Source of the DNA: the human T2T-CHM13v2.0 reference genome, Homo sapiens
Assembly (NCBI RefSeq): GCF_009914755.1
Contig: NC_060932.1
Length of the DNA stretch: 64,000 nt
Strand: one strand, 5' to 3'
The translations under genes and the position numbers were made by a program. Below are positions 14,263 to 29,819 of the stretch, piece after piece; position 1 is the stretch's first letter, and each line of letters starts with the position of its first letter. The notes under the pieces were generated by a model. It was not told where the DNA came from and did no database searches. It saw only the letters and a program-made list of their open reading frames with translations.

Positions 14263-15949
14263 CAAGATATTCAAGGCCGTAAATAAAGCCAATTTATCTG
14301 CTGACATTTCAATCAAACATAAGATGAAATCCTCCTTTTTTCATTTGGTCTTCTCCTGGTTACTTGAGGAAACGTTAACAAATATCTTCAGAATCCAGAA
14401 AGAATGTCGACTGACTTCTAGATAGTAATCTTATAGAAACTATAGGCACCAAAGTTAAACATTAAATGTGAAAATATGAAACCCACAGGCTATGCTAAGA
14501 TAATGTATGGGGAAGCACTATGAAATTTGACATTAAGGTGACATTATCATTATTTTAAATGCCTGGAGCATAGAGGTCCTTTAAAGAAAGGGGTTATTAA
14601 CATGTTCCTTAAATCAATGCAACTTTTCTCTCAATACTATTTATCCCACTGTTTGAAAATCATTTCCCACCTACCATGTGACACACATCAGATAGTCCTT
14701 GGGACCCCAAGGACAGAGTTATTCCACTCCAGAGGGCTTCATTTTTGCAAAAATAATGACTGGCAAATATCTTTTCTGGTGTTATTTTAGAAAATTTACA
14801 AGTTAGGAACCTGAAAAGTGTTCCAGAAGTGTGGTCTGTTAACAGGCAGAGAGAACTTGTTCTCCTCACATCTGCAGTGACCTATTGTGAGATGGCCCCT
14901 GGGACTGATCACGCCACTGAACTGAGACTTGCAAAGATGATGAAAAGAATTCAAGGCAACTGACTACAGCAGCTTGGCAGAGAGAGCCGTCACACACTAA
15001 TAATACTAATTTGGTCTTTATTTTTATATTTACACAGCAGTCGGCTGAATATCCAGCTGTTGCGCTGTCTTTAGCAAACAGTTCTCCTTTCTGATTTTGC
15101 TTTGTTTTGTTTGGGCTATCACTGTAATTCAGGATGGAGCCTGGAGATTTTCCTCCAGTATGTGAATTTCTCAATCCCTAGGTGTGCCCTCCTTGTGTCT
15201 ATATGAAACAGAGTATGCATACCTCTTGAAAGTAAGAGGAAAGAAAATAATAGCCAGTGTCAAAAATGTTATCACATTCATTTTCTTCTTTCAACTCTTC
15301 CATCTTCCTTCTCTAGAGCTTGAGAGCAAAGGTGAGAGGAAATGGTTTTACTGCCTGAAAGGTGTCCTCGAAATGCTCTGTGCTGCAGGGAGGAAGGGCA
15401 CGATGAGGAGCAAGCTACTCAGAAGTTCTGGGAAAAGAATCTGCTCCTTCAAATTGGGCCAAAAAAAAAAAAAACAATGTAACAAGAACATTGCAGCAAC
15501 AAGGAAAAAATAATCATAATCCTTGAATTCCCCTTGTTTTCCTGGCTTTATTTTTTCTCCATATTTCTGCAAGTGTAAGATATCTTCACCAGTATTGAAA
15601 GCCATATTCTTTTCTCAAAGGTCCAGATGACCTATTTTTCTCCCTGAGATTGTCATCAAAGATAGGTGAATGTCATTATGATGCTTATTTTACCACATTG
15701 ACAAGATCCACCCATTATTCTCTAAGCACTTATTAAGCAGCATGTTAGACATACAGCTAAAAGACAAAGTAGACAACAGTCCTTCTCATCTAGGATCTTA
15801 CAGTCTAGCTCACCACAGGAGACCCTTATGGAAATTACTAAACCACCCTCCTCTGTCCTCTTCCAACCCTAATCTAGGAAAATTGTATGACACCATCACT
15901 ATTCCCTCTCATGGGAAGACTGATCACTTATGGGGGCAAAGAGAAGACG

Positions 15950-16172
15950 GAAACCAACATTTGCTGAACCTTCTGGTGTCTGACAGGGACACGCTAGGTG
16001 CTTTTGTATTTACAATCTCATTTAACCCTGCAAAACCCCTAAAAAATTAATGTTGCTATCCCTATTCCACAAATGAGAATGCTGAAGCTCTGCATGCCAC
16101 GGAGCTATAGGTAGAACCAGCATTCAACTCTAGTTCTAAACCCAGGTTCAAAATACAGCCTTTGCCATTATA
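15950..16172 (-). mobile_element. MIR
   Basis: aacatttgctgaacc..., atctcatttaaccctgcaaaacccct, cctattccacaaatgagaatgctgaagctc. Confidence 0.7.
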
Positions 16173-17106
16173 CACAAATGCCTACAAGTAACTAAGAATG
16201 GCTCTTCACCCAAAAGATATGTGCTGGCAAGCTGATAGATAGAAACAGGAGAGATGCAAGATAGACTTACTTGAGTTTCAAATTTACATAACTCTGGAGC
16301 CCTGGCAGGTAATCAGTTAAGTAGAACAGACAGGTGTAATACTGTAGAGAATGCCGAGGCTTGTGGCAGATTGGAGGGACTAGTCAATGTAAAGCAACAA
16401 ATTCAATTTTTTAAAAAACTTTATAGAAACCTAAATGTATCTGGTGCCAAATTAGTACTCAGCGACAGTGTACAACTTCCGCTTGAACTGTTAAGTTTAT
16501 TAGAAATAGCTCCTGATTGTTTTTATTGTAGTAAAATACATGCAAAATAAAATTTATGGTTTGATATTATGTATATTTTACATAACATGTTAACCATTTT
16601 TAAGTGTACGGTTCAATGGCATTGAGTACATTCACACTGTTGTGAGACATTCACTACCATCCATCTCCAGAAATGTTTCGTCTTCCCAAACTGAAATTCT
16701 GTACCCATCAAACACTAACTGTTAATTCTCCCCTCACCTCCAGCCCCTGGCAACCACCATTCAACTTTCTATCTCTATGAATATGACTACTCTAGGTGCC
16801 TCATAGAAGTGGAATCATGCCATATTTGTCTTTTTGTGACTGACTTATTTCACTTGTTGTAATGTTTTCAAGGTTCATCCATGTAGCATGTGTCAGAATT
16901 TCCTTCCTTTTTAAGACTGAATAATTTTCTATTGTGTATGTTGTAAATACATACATATATATATATATGTAACATTTTGTTTATCCATTCATCCATCAGT
17001 AAACATTTGGGTTGTTTCCACTTTTTGGCTATTGTGAGTAATGCTGTTATGAACATGGGTGAACAAATATCTTTTTGAGTCCCTGCTTTCAGTTCTTTTG
17101 GGTATA

Positions 17107-17494
17107 CAGTCATCCCTCAGTATCCACGGGGGACTGGTCCCAGGACCCCCTGGGATAGCAGAATCCACAAACGCTCAAGTCTCTTATATAAAATGGTGTA
17201 GTATTTGCATATAACCTATAGCACATCTTCCCATATACTCTAAGTCATCTTTAAATTACTTACAATGTACAATACAGCGTAAATGCTATGTAAGGAGTTG
17301 GTATAACATATTGTTTAGGGGATAATGACAAGAAAATAAAAGTCTGTACATTTTGAGTACAGAGACAACCATCCTCTTTTTTCAAATATTTTTGATCCAT
17401 GAATCTTTTCAATTTGAAAAATATATTTTTTCAATGTTTTTCAAATATATTTGAATCCATGGATGCAGAACCCATGGGCAAAGAGGGCTGACTA
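17107..17494 (+). mobile_element. MER2 (TcMar-Tigger non-autonomous DNA transposon) nested in L1
   Basis: TA then cagtcatccctcagtatccacggggg...cccatgggcaaagagggctgacta, with inverted termini. L1 sequence resumes on both sides. Confidence 0.85.
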
Positions 17495-19411
17495 TGTATC
17501 CAGAAATGGAATTGCCAGATCATGTGGTAATTCTATGTTTAATTGCTTGGAGAACTGACATACTGTTTTTCATACGGGATGCACCATTTAACATTCCCAC
17601 CAACAGTACACAAGTGTTCCTATTTCTTCACATTCTCACCAACACCTGCTATTTTCTTTTTTTTTTAAGTAATAGCCATACTAATAGGTATGAAATATGA
17701 AATTATATCTCATTGTGGTTTTAATTGGTATTTCTCTAATCCTTAGTGATGTTGAGTATCTTTTCATGTGCTTATTGGCCATCTGTGTAACCTCTTTGAA
17801 GAAATATCTGTTCAAATTCCTTTGCCCATTTCTAAATTGAATTTTGGGGTGGGGAGGTTGTTATTGAGTTATAGTTTTTTTTTAATATATCTTTATCAGA
17901 CATATGGTTTACAAATATTTTTCCCATTCTATGACTGTCTTTTTACTCTGTTGATAGTATCCTTTGATGTACAAAGATTTACATTTTGATGAAGTCCAAT
18001 TTATTTTTTTCTTTTGTTGCCTATACTTTTGGTGTCATACCCAAGAAATCACTGCCAAATCAAATATCATAAAGCTTTTCCTCTATATTTTCTTCTAAGA
18101 ATTTTCTACTTTTAGTTTTTACATTTAGGCTTTTGATCCATTTTAGGTAATTTTTGCATGTGGTGTAAGGTAAGAGTCCACCCTTTTTGCATATGTTTTC
18201 CCAGACCATTTGTTGAAAAGACTTTCCTTTCCCCATTGAATGTCTTGGCAATCTTGTCAAAAATCGTTTGACCATCTATGTGGGGGTATATTTCTGGGCT
18301 CACTCTTCTATTTCATTGGTCTATTTGTCTGTCTTTCTGTCAGTACTACACTGTTTTGATTACTGTAGCTTTGTAGTAAGCTTTCAAATCAGAAATTGTG
18401 ATTCAAATTTTTTTTTCAAGATTATTTTTGCTTTTCTGGGACCTCTGTGATTCCATACGAATTTTAGGATGGATTTTTCTATTTTTGTAAAAAATGTCAT
18501 TGTGATAGGTATTTCTCTGAGTCTGTAGATCACTTTGGGTAGTATTGACATCTTAACAATATTAAGACTTCTAACCCATGAAAACAGGATATCTTTCCAC
18601 TTATTTATGGCTTCTTTCATTTCCTTTAGCAACATTTTGTAGTTTTCAATATACATACCTTTTGCTTCTTTGGTTAATTTATAAGTATTTTATTCTTTTT
18701 CAAGCTATTATAAATGAAATTTTTTCTTAATTTCCTTTTCATGTTTCCATTACATGTATTGCAAATATATTCATGTTGTCCACTGTTAGCATATAGAAGC
18801 ACAACTGATTTTATATTTATTTTTTATCCTGCAACTTTGCAATATTGACTTATTAGTTCTGTCATGTTTTTTGTGGAATCTTTAGAATTGTCTACAAATT
18901 ATGTTATCTATTCAGAGATAATTTTAATTCTTCTTTTCTCATTTGCATGTCTTTTATTTCATTTTCTTGCCTAATTGCTCTGACTGGGACTTTTAATACT
19001 ACTTTGAAGAGAAGTTGCAAAAGTGGGCATCCTTGTCTTTTTCTTGACCTTAGAAGAAAAGCTTTCAGTCTTTTACCATCAAGTATTTTTTTAGCTGTGG
19101 GCTTTTCGTTTATGGCCTTTATTATGATGAGGTAGTTTCCTTCTATTCTTAGTTTGTTGAGTTTTTTTAATCTTTAAATAGTGTTAAATTTTGTCAAATG
19201 CTTTTTTTGCATCTATTGAGATGATAATGTGGTGTGTTTTCCCCCTCCATTCTGTTAATGTGTTGTATTACATTAATTAATTTTTATATCTTAAATCATC
19301 CTTGTATTTCAGGAATAAATCCTACTTGGTCATGGTACAAAATCCGTTTAATATGCTACTGAATGCAGTTTGCCAGTATTTTGTTGAGGATTTTTGCATC
19401 AATGTTCATAA

Positions 19412-19790
<379 letters not shown>

Positions 19791-20485
19791 GTAGTTTTCT
19801 TTACTTGTAGTGTTTCTATCTGGCTTTGGTATAAAGGTAATTCTTGAATGAAGTAGGAATTGTTCCCTTCTTTTCAGTATTTTGAGAGTATTTGAGAAGG
19901 ATTTATGTTAATTCCTCTTTAAATATTTGGTAAAATTTACCAGGGAATCCATCAGATCCCTGGGCTTTTCTTTGTTAGATGGTTTTGCCTAACAGATGTT
20001 ATCTCCTTACTAGTGATAGGTCTGTTCAAATTTTTTATTTCTTTATGATTCAGTCTTGGTAGATTTTGTATTTCTAGGAATTTGTCCACTTCTTTTAGAT
20101 TACCCAATTCTAATTGGCATACAACTCTTCATAGTATTCTCTTATAATTCTTTTTACTTCTGTAAAATTCGTAGTGATGTCCCAACTTTTGCTACTGATT
20201 TTAATAATTGAGGTTCTTTTTTTTTGTTAATCTAGCTAAAGATTTTGTCAATTTTGTTGATCCTTTTAAAGAACTAACTTTTGGTTTTCTTGATTTTCTC
20301 TATTGTTTTTCTATTCTCTATTTTATTTCTGCTCTAATTATTATTATTTCCTTTCTCCGGCAAGCTTTGTGTTTAGTTTGTTCTACTTTTTATAGTTTTT
20401 TAAGGTGTAAAGCTAGATTATTGATTTGAGACCTTATTTTTCAATGTGAGCATTTATATCTATAGATGTTTTAGCTTAGCATTGC

Positions 20486-20531
20486 TTTGCTGCATCTATT
20501 AGTTTTTGCTGCATCTATTAGTTTTTGCTGC
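20486..20531. repeat. 19-bp tandem duplication (2.4 copies)
   Basis: tttgctgcatctattagtt x2 plus tttgctgc, exact. Confidence 0.9.
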
Positions 20532-20621
20532 GTTGTTTTTTCATTTTTATTTGTCTCAAGATATTTTATAATTTCCCTTGTGATTTCTTCTTTGACCCAC
20601 TGGTTAAGAGTATGTTGTTTA

Positions 20622-20858
20622 AGCCTGGGCAACATAGCAAGACTTCATCTCTACTAAATAAAATAAAATAAAATAAAATAGCCAGGCATGATGGCACACA
20701 CCCATAGTCCCAGCTACCTGAGAAGCTGATATAGGAGGATCCCTTGAGCCCAGGAGTTCCAGGTTGCAGTGAGCTATGATTGCACCATGATACTCCTGCC
20801 TGGGCAACAGAACAAGACCCCATCTCAAAAACAAACAAATTTTTAAAAAATAAAAATA
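20622..20858 (+). mobile_element. 5'-truncated AluJ
   Basis: Begins at agcctgggcaacatagc. TSD aagagtatgt(t/a)gtttaa at 20606-20622 and 20859-20875. Confidence 0.9.
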
Positions 20859-22606
20859 AAGAGTATGTAGTTTAATTTCCATGTATTTGTGAATTTTACA
20901 GATTTCCCTCTGCTATTTATTTCTAGTTTCATCTCATTGTGATCCGAAAAGATACTTTCTATAATTTCAGTCCTTTGAAATGGTTTAGGACCTGTTTTGT
21001 GGCCTAATGTATGGTCTATCCTGGAGAATGTTGCATGTGTGCTTAAGAAAAATGTATTTTCTGCTGAAGTCCTCTATTTCCTTATTAATCTTCTTTTTGG
21101 TTGAACAACCTGATTTTTAAAAACAGGAAAACTAAAACAGATACTAAGATACATGAAGTAATTTGTTTTAAATCAGGCCATGTCCATCATGACACCAAAT
21201 AATCTTCCTATATCAAAATATATATTTGAACTTTTAAAGCAACTTTTTCAAGAGCTGTCATATGTGGTCATACAGGTTCTGCACTGCTCAACATAAATGT
21301 GTGCAAATGCTTTAACTTCTAACTGGCAGTAGCCACCATTTTATAACTCTGAAGTAATTGAAAGACAGAATGAGATTCCCCTTGCAAAACACAGCCTGTA
21401 TCCTTTCAGAGGTTTTTTGTGTTTGTGTGCCCCCTCTCCCACGAATGCATGAAATGCAAATTAAACAACAGGTGTTTTCTCTCAGTCCACAGGGCATCTG
21501 GGAGGACTTAGGACAGTGGGTGATGTAAGGAGAGGACTCCTGAATCAGTCTGGCATCTCTACTAACTAGAGATCAAATAGATAGGCCTGAAAGGCTCACA
21601 GCAAAAATCAGATACCAGCCACAAGGTTTCCCACTCAAGACCTCAGCCAGAAGGAAAAGCTGCAGATCAGGCACACACTATAGACCTGTACTGCAGTGCC
21701 TTGATCAGTCACTACCCCCAGCAGCAGCACTGACTTCATGTATGCCTTCCTTTCTCTTAGTGTCTTATTAAGAGCCTGGCTGAAGCCCTAGGAAGGTCAA
21801 CACCCCATCTTCCACCTTGCACCATCTTTGTTTAAGATCTCATCTTGTTAATAGTGTAGAGATAATTTAATGTGCATACCAGTCCATTATCTGCCCATTA
21901 CCTACTTCCCCTTTCCCTAACTAATATCTGAGAAAAGCTGATTTTGTGCCTGCTTGACTCAGACATGAAGTCCATTCTGCCCTCATTGTGTTTCAACTCA
22001 GAGATGAAAAGTCCATACAGACCTACTGTGTATACGAGTTGGTTTAGATTTCTGATGAAGTATATAATGCAAGCAATAGACTGTGAATGCAGCATTTATT
22101 GCACTCCATGGAAAATGCAGTGACTATGCTGGTTCACTGCTGACAGAATATTCCACAAGGACAATTACTACTTTCTTTTATCCAATGACAAGAATTATTT
22201 AACTCATTAAATTTTTTTTTCACTTTGGCTTCTTGGAAGCTCAGTTAATATTAGCTTAGGGTTGTGGTGTCACTTTTTTTTCTTATTCTCTGTCAATCAT
22301 TTACTGAGATATGTTTCTTTATGATTATCTGGTTCAAGTCTTTTCTACAAGTTTATCATTCAGAATAAGCTTAATGGGGACTATTGGCCTCAGAATGATC
22401 ACATGATTGTCACAGCCATTGGACCACATATATAACAGCATTGCCAAATTTTTCAGTTCCTTGTATTGTACTAACCCCAAAAGTCTGAGACATGTATAAA
22501 CCCAGAGTTTTTATTGAGAACTTAGACTTGGCTTCTTTAATACTATCAAAGCACCCCTATACATATATTTATAAAAGCTGAAAATAATTGATTCTCATCC
22601 ATTTTC

Positions 22607-23269
22607 TTTTTTTTTATTATTACTGTTGGATTTTTTTTTATTATACTTTAAGTTTTAGGGTACATGTGCACAATGTGCAGGTTAGTTACATATGTATACA
22701 TGTGCCATGTTGTTGTGCTGCACCCAGTAACTCATCATTTAACATCAGGTATATCTCCCAATGCTATCCCTAACCCCTCCCCGCACCCTACAACAGGCCC
22801 CAATGTGTGATGCTCCCCTTCCTGTGTCCATGTGTTATTGTTCAATTCCCACCTATGAGTGAGAACATGTGGTATTTGGTTTTTTGTCCTTGCGATAGTT
22901 TGCTGAGAATGATGGTTTCCAGCTTCATCCATGTCCCTACAAAGGACATGAACTCATCATTTTTTATGGCTGCATAGTATTCCATGGTGTATATGTGCCA
23001 CATTTTCTTAATCCAGTCTATCCTTGTTGGACATTTGGGTTGGTTCCAAGTCTTTGCTATTGTGAATAATGCCGCAATAAACATACGTGTGCATGTGTCT
23101 TTATAGCGGCATGATTTATAATCCTTTGGGTATATACCCAGTAATGGGATGACTGAGTCAAATGGTATTTCTAGTTCTAGATCCCTGAGGAATTGCCATA
23201 CTGACTTCCACAATGGTTGAACTAGTTTACAGTCCCACCAACAGTGTAAAAGTGTTCCTATTTCTCCAC
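22607..23269 (-). mobile_element. Young 5'-truncated L1PA (L1PA2-4-like) 3' end
   Basis: Intact ORF2 C-terminus (EIGTLLHCWWDCKLVQPLWK...HMFSLIGGN) and canonical 3' UTR. Perfect 17-bp TSD gattctcatccattttc (22590-22606, 23270-23286). Confidence 0.96.
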
Positions 23270-23634
23270 GATTCTCATCCATTTTCAAAGATTTAGAAAG
23301 AGCCTTGAATGTGGAATTGGTCATTTCCATTTAAAAGTCTCTGTCTTGAGAAATTACTGTTCTTTTATTGCTAGCTAGCATACAAATTCCTAATTGAAAA
23401 ACCTTTACAAGCAGTGATGGCATGAATTGAACTTACTTCTGTCCTATTAGGGACATGTCTTGGTCAGGAAAGGAATGCACGTTGGATTCTTAATGATTTG
23501 TGTTTTATACGGTCTGTCCTCAAGGGCTATTTCAGTCCCCAGGATGCTAATAAGCAGTCCCTGATCCAGGTCATTTGTATTTTTTTATCAGCAAAAACAG
23601 CATCCAAGCCATACCTCAATTTAGAACATCTCTA

Positions 23635-23870
23635 AATTCAATTCTGTTCAATTCAATACAACTTATCAAATAATTATCAATTGTGCTAGGCATTTTCTGT
23701 TTCTGGAAGTGCAGCAATGAATAGATCTCAGTCCCTACCCTCGTGAATGCCACAAAAGAGAAAGACTGACAAGTAGCTTGACAATTAAGTCACACAGAGG
23801 AGAAGCTTCTTTCTGGCCACCAGTGGGGAGAGGACAGGATAGGTTTCTCAAAGGAGATGGCTCAAGCAAG
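23635..23870 (-). mobile_element. L2 3' fragment
   Basis: ttcaattcaatacaacttatc..tgtgctaggca..gcagcaatgaatagatctcagtccctaccctcgtg is a typical antisense L2 end. Confidence 0.55.
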
Positions 23871-26800
23871 CATCACAGACTTGTCAGCCTGGAAGGATGA
23901 TGGAGACTAGACCCAGATACAGTTCAGAGAACACAAGAGGTTCAAGAGAGAAGGAGGTGGAGGCCCTGAGCATTCCCAGGGGCTAGTCTGGGGCAACCCA
24001 AGGTGGGCATTCAGTAAGTGTTTACTGAATTGAACAACTGAGTATAAAGAAATCAGAAAAGAACACAACAGTGTGAAAATGAATGGAGTCATCGCTGCTT
24101 ATTCATCAGGGTCACCGAACTCAGGCTACAGACTGCCTGGGACAGGGGATTCGTGTACTGACTTGACTTTGAGGTGAGTCTTAGTATAAAGCAACCCTCC
24201 ATTTTTCCAATGAAAGGAGAACATATAAAACAGTTTTGAAGCCAACTTAAGTATATAAACTTTTGGAACTGGAGATGAAATAGCTGAATGTCAATGTATA
24301 CTATTTAATTCATTATCTTAGTCACAAATACGAATCAAATAATATATGGATTGAAAAAGTTTACTTCTTTCCTTCATCATCATTTTTCAGTCTTCTAGAA
24401 GGCATAGTTGGGGAGCACTGCCTCTGTCCTCCGCTGCCTGTTGAATACGTAGCACTGCTCTGAACAGGTGTGTGAGGCGCCTACTAGAGACAACACCTGA
24501 CCAAGGTTCTTTCTTGCCATTTATGATCTTCAGAACTACTCACTATGTTGCTTTAAGAGGTTGATTTGTAAGATCCAAAACTTAATTGTGAACTCATACT
24601 TCCAGGAATGCTTCTTAAACTGAATTAAATTTCTGTACTTCCTTTTTCATTTCCATCTTGTCCTTTGTTTCACTGGTTCTGTCAGTAAATTTCTATAATC
24701 AGCCCAAACATGCAATGATTTAGGTCACTTCAAATATGTAGGCCTTCCCAAACAGAATTTTGTTATTTAAAAAATACAGTAATTATCAGAGCACCTCAAA
24801 ATTTGGCAGGTCTGCTAAAAGGTGACTCCTGTTCCTAGGAGTGTGTATGGGGAAGAATCTCTCTATAATCATCCATGACAAATATGGAAGTAATTTACAT
24901 TAGCTGGTGAAAGGCTTATTTATCTCTAAAAATAAGGTTATACTAGAAAAGATTGGCTGGACTGGCTTTGGTACTCCTGAACCTGGAAGCTGGCTATCAC
25001 ACGCCAAGTTTCTAAAGGCTGCCAAAGTGCCAGCCATTTCATCCTCTAAGAACCCTAGACTAGAGGGATCCTTAATAGGTCTGATCATCTGTTCTTTCGG
25101 CAAGAAAGGCATCTCTCACAGCCAGCGCTTTTCTAAAAGAAAGTTCATAGTGCTCCTGGTTAACCAAGACTGTGAGGTTCTTTCCTTTGGGCTTTGTTTT
25201 CTGAATGATGGAGGTAATACCTAGTATTTGTAAAACTCTACACTTTACAAAGCACTTCCACAGCCTCTCTCTCCCCTACTCCCAGCACAGTCCTTGGAGT
25301 TAAGAGCAGAACCTACTTGGGCTTCAGGTGACACACCCACACCCAGCAGGCAGAATGGCCCCTGTGTCTCCCCTCCCAGGGGCAGGAGAGACACCCACAG
25401 GCTGAGTCCTCAGGGAAGGTCAATACTGCAAGAAGGCCAGGCAGAAGGCCTAGGTGGCAGAGAGGATGGAAAGGGACAAAACGGCTTCCTGAGCCAGGAT
25501 CCCAGGAGTCCTCCAGGTGGGCAAAGGAGTCCTTCAGGTGGAGAAAGGAGACCCTGAGACCAGGAGAGAGAGGAAGGGGGTCTCCAGGCAGAAAGTGGAC
25601 GAGAAGCGGGAAGGCGCAATTCTGGAAGGACTTGGTATGTCATTTATCTTGTGGGGACATAAATAGGGAGTCCTTGAAGGGTTTTCAGCTGGGGAGATAT
25701 TTGATCAGATTTCCATCATAGACAGTTCATTTTAATTACAAACTAAAAACCCCACGGGAGGGAGAGGGGTTACCAGGAGGACAGATAGGAGGCTTCATCT
25801 GATGGAGTCCTAAACTCAGGGATGGGCAGATGGGAATGAAGAGGAGTCCACTCTCCCAAAGCCCTGCAGGGCCCCAGTGTGACCCCCTCCCACCCCACAT
25901 CTGATCCTAAATCCTAAACTGTGTCAGCTGAGATCAAGCTGCTGCTCCGGAAAAAGAGCAGCGAGTTACTCTCCTCTCCAAGGTGATCTTCATCATATTA
26001 TTAGATGCTCTCATAGTCTGTCTTCCCCAGGAAAAACTTTTTCCTTTTTCAAAAGCCCTGAGCATCTCCCAGAGACAGCATGTAAAGGAGCATGCCAAGT
26101 GATGCCCTAAGAGTTGCAGGAGCAATGGCCCAGGTCCCGTGCCCTGCGATGAGAAGGGTGACTGAGAAGGCTGGGCCACTTCTGAGCCCTTGGGGTCCTC
26201 ACACGGTGGGCTTTCTCCCAGCCAGTCCAACCATTAGAGCAGAGAATGCTACCCATCCATGTCCTCAGGGTATTGAGTTGTTTTTTGTAAATCACCTAGA
26301 AAGGCACTGCTGGGCTTGAAAGCACAATTTATTGCTGCATTATTAAATGGTCCCAGCAGCAAGCCACGTTCTTTTTATTGACAGAGTAAAAATGAAGCAA
26401 CCCAGGGGGTGGGACGCTGGAAAATAGGACAGAAGCCGTGGTTCCAGTCCCTTCCCACCCCAGACACACAGAAAAAGTCCTTTTCCTGCTCCCCCTGAAC
26501 CCCGCAGGCCAAGGAACCAATTCTATATTCAAGATCCTTAGAGAAAGCTACTGTGTGTAAAAGGTGAGGTATTTTTAAAGGGCATCAATTTCTGCCAGAA
26601 ATTATTTGCGGAATGAAGCCAGGAAACATAAGCAATCAAAAGCAGACAAAGGAAGTGTCCGTTGAGGTCCCAGGACCTCAGAAGGGTTTGGACAGGCATT
26701 CCCTCTACCTTCTGCCTTCCCCCAACCAGCCCCTTGCCCCCAAGTCCTTCCCTTTCTGCCTCCTTTTCAGCATCGGGAGGAACCCCCACATATAGGGACC

Positions 26801-27849
26801 CTATATTATGAGCTGGGCCATGCCCTCCTTTCTTGTACACAATTCAGGAAAATCCTGAGGAAGGAAGCCACTAAAACCTGCTTCTGTCTCAGATTTCTCT
26901 GCAAATCCTGGAACAGCTTCGACTTCGCCCTTCCTTTTTTCCAACAAAGTGGACTCTATTGCATAGGCCTTTAAGCCAATAATATTAAGTACACATTCTG
27001 CACAGGTAAATAATGGCCAGTATTTTTCCTCATACTTTGAGCTGATTTTTGAAAATATTATCCTGTCAAAAGCATTTCTTTTATATCTCTAAGGAAGAAA
27101 AAAATATTTATTCTGTAGCTTGTACCTTTTATTGTATTCTTTCTCTGTCATGCTATTCTATTCAAACCAACATCCTCCAATAAAATTTCCTTCAATCCCG
27201 GGGCATTGAAATGCTCCAGAGGGGGAGTGGAGTGGGGAGGGCAAAACTGCAAGCAAAGCTAGGATTCAGAATGACCAATTATATTTATAGAGAAGCTTTT
27301 CTGTTCATAAAGTGCTCTAACAGACACATGGTGTCACTGATTCTCACTCACTCAAATCCATGAAAAATGGGTGAAGTCAAGTGACTCACCCAGAGGCACG
27401 CAGCTCCAGAAGTGACCTCTGCATCCTCTAGAGCTCCACAGAAATTGCTTCCCCACCCTCACTGCCATCTTCACCCAAGTATTGAGATAACTCCCGCCTC
27501 TGTCTGGAGGGTCCCCTTCCCTCTGGCACACTCTGCCCACTCAGGGATCGTACACGCACCTTGCCACGTGGCTGCCAAAGGTGCAACTGCCTCAGGTGCC
27601 ACTGCCTCAGGATGATACCTGAGTCCCTTTGTCTGGGATATCATGACCACAGCCTCCTGCCTCCTCTGGCCAGCCCTCTTCAGCCCTGCCTCAGACACAC
27701 CCAGGCCAGCCTCAGCCACACCTGCAAGCTTTGGCCTGTGCCCATCTCTTCTTGAGCTTCCTTTCCCCTCCTGGACCAAGCCTTAGTGCACGGGTTCTCT
27801 CTTCTCTACACTGCTCACTATGCTGTAAATATGTATGTTGCAAATATAT

Positions 27850-27955
27850 GTCTGTCTTCCATACTGATTTTTCAGTTCCTCTAGGGAACGATGTTTGTGT
27901 CCTTAGTGCCTGGCACTTAGTAGGTGTTCAATAAACATTTATGAGAGGAAAGAAT
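27850..27955 (+). mobile_element. L2 3' end
   Basis: agtgcctggcacttagtaggtgttcaataaacattt. Confidence 0.7.
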
Positions 27956-29124
27956 TGAGAGAGGGATGGAGAGAGGAGGAAAAAGTGGGGAGGATATGAG
28001 TCTGGGCCTTCTGAGTGCAACCCACAGGTCACTGGAACACAGCTACCAATACACCCCTCCATGGATGGGCACGCCAGTGTGTTCTCTCTGGGGTCTCTCC
28101 TTGAGAAACTCTCCCACCACAGGTGTTCTTTCTGCCTTCCTCTCTACCTGGTAGGCAGAGACTCGTTTAAGCAGACTCCCAGCTCTCCTACCAGAAAAGG
28201 GCTTCAGGTCTCAAGGTTCACAAATGCAAATATTGGTGCCACCTTGTGTGATCATGAACATCCCACACCAGCACCGCCTCTACTTGTGCCACCTACCCCA
28301 ACACCTACTGCCAAAGCATATCTTGTGCTCCTTAGTTTCATTCACCCTGGTCCCAGTGTGAGGCAGTGTGAGTGTCACCATTTCTCATCTTCTGGGCCCC
28401 CTTCCAAGTCCACGAAGCATGAATAACTCTGAATGTGGGTGAGTGGATAGTAGTTCTCCTTAGAATTCACACTTGATTACAGACCCCAGGGATGCAGACT
28501 CACTCTCCCAGGGATGCACTCATTACACATTCTCCTAAATAGGCCAGTAACTGTCAATATTAGTGATGCTTGCGGATGTTTTGTGGCATGTGGGCCATCG
28601 AATTCACATGCATGGCAGACTACAAAGGCACCTTAGGGACATCTAGGAAGGAGAACAGCTAAATTTCCATCTCAGAGGCTTTGGCCAGCATGGTCAGGGG
28701 TGAGGCTGGGTAGAAGAGCTGCCCTTCCCACAAATAGGGGCAGAATGAAGCACCCAGAGGACCAGCCTGAACCTATCATGCCTGTTCACTCTGCAAGTGC
28801 TTGCCTGCTGTCCTGGAAATAATCAGGAAGTGTATCGAGATGTGGCATCTGCGGTCCTTAACAGATACCCACAGGTGGAAAGAGTCCCTTTTCAAGAGGT
28901 TTATTCATGTCCATACTCCACCTTGTGTATAGGAGGTACTGACACCAGGAGGTTCCATAGGTTTGTTTGGTTGTTTGGCTGGCCACCGTGCCTCTGGGCT
29001 TTCATGCAGACAGCACCACCTATGCCCATACTGTAACCATCTAAAAAAGTTTCTTTGAGTTACCAGGTTTCACAATTGGCCTAAAATGTTTCCATGCATA
29101 TAGGAAAAAGTGTAAGGACTTCGA

Positions 29125-29819
<695 letters not shown>

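Noticed and set aside
22842-23330. 162-aa ORF
   Set aside because: L1 ORF2 C-terminus in a 5'-truncated copy, fused by chance to flanking sequence. No promoter.
24110-24179. Possible 64-nt cryptic exon (catcAG...GAG|gtgagt)
   Set aside because: Strong donor but weak polypyrimidine tract. Such pseudo-exons are common in long introns.
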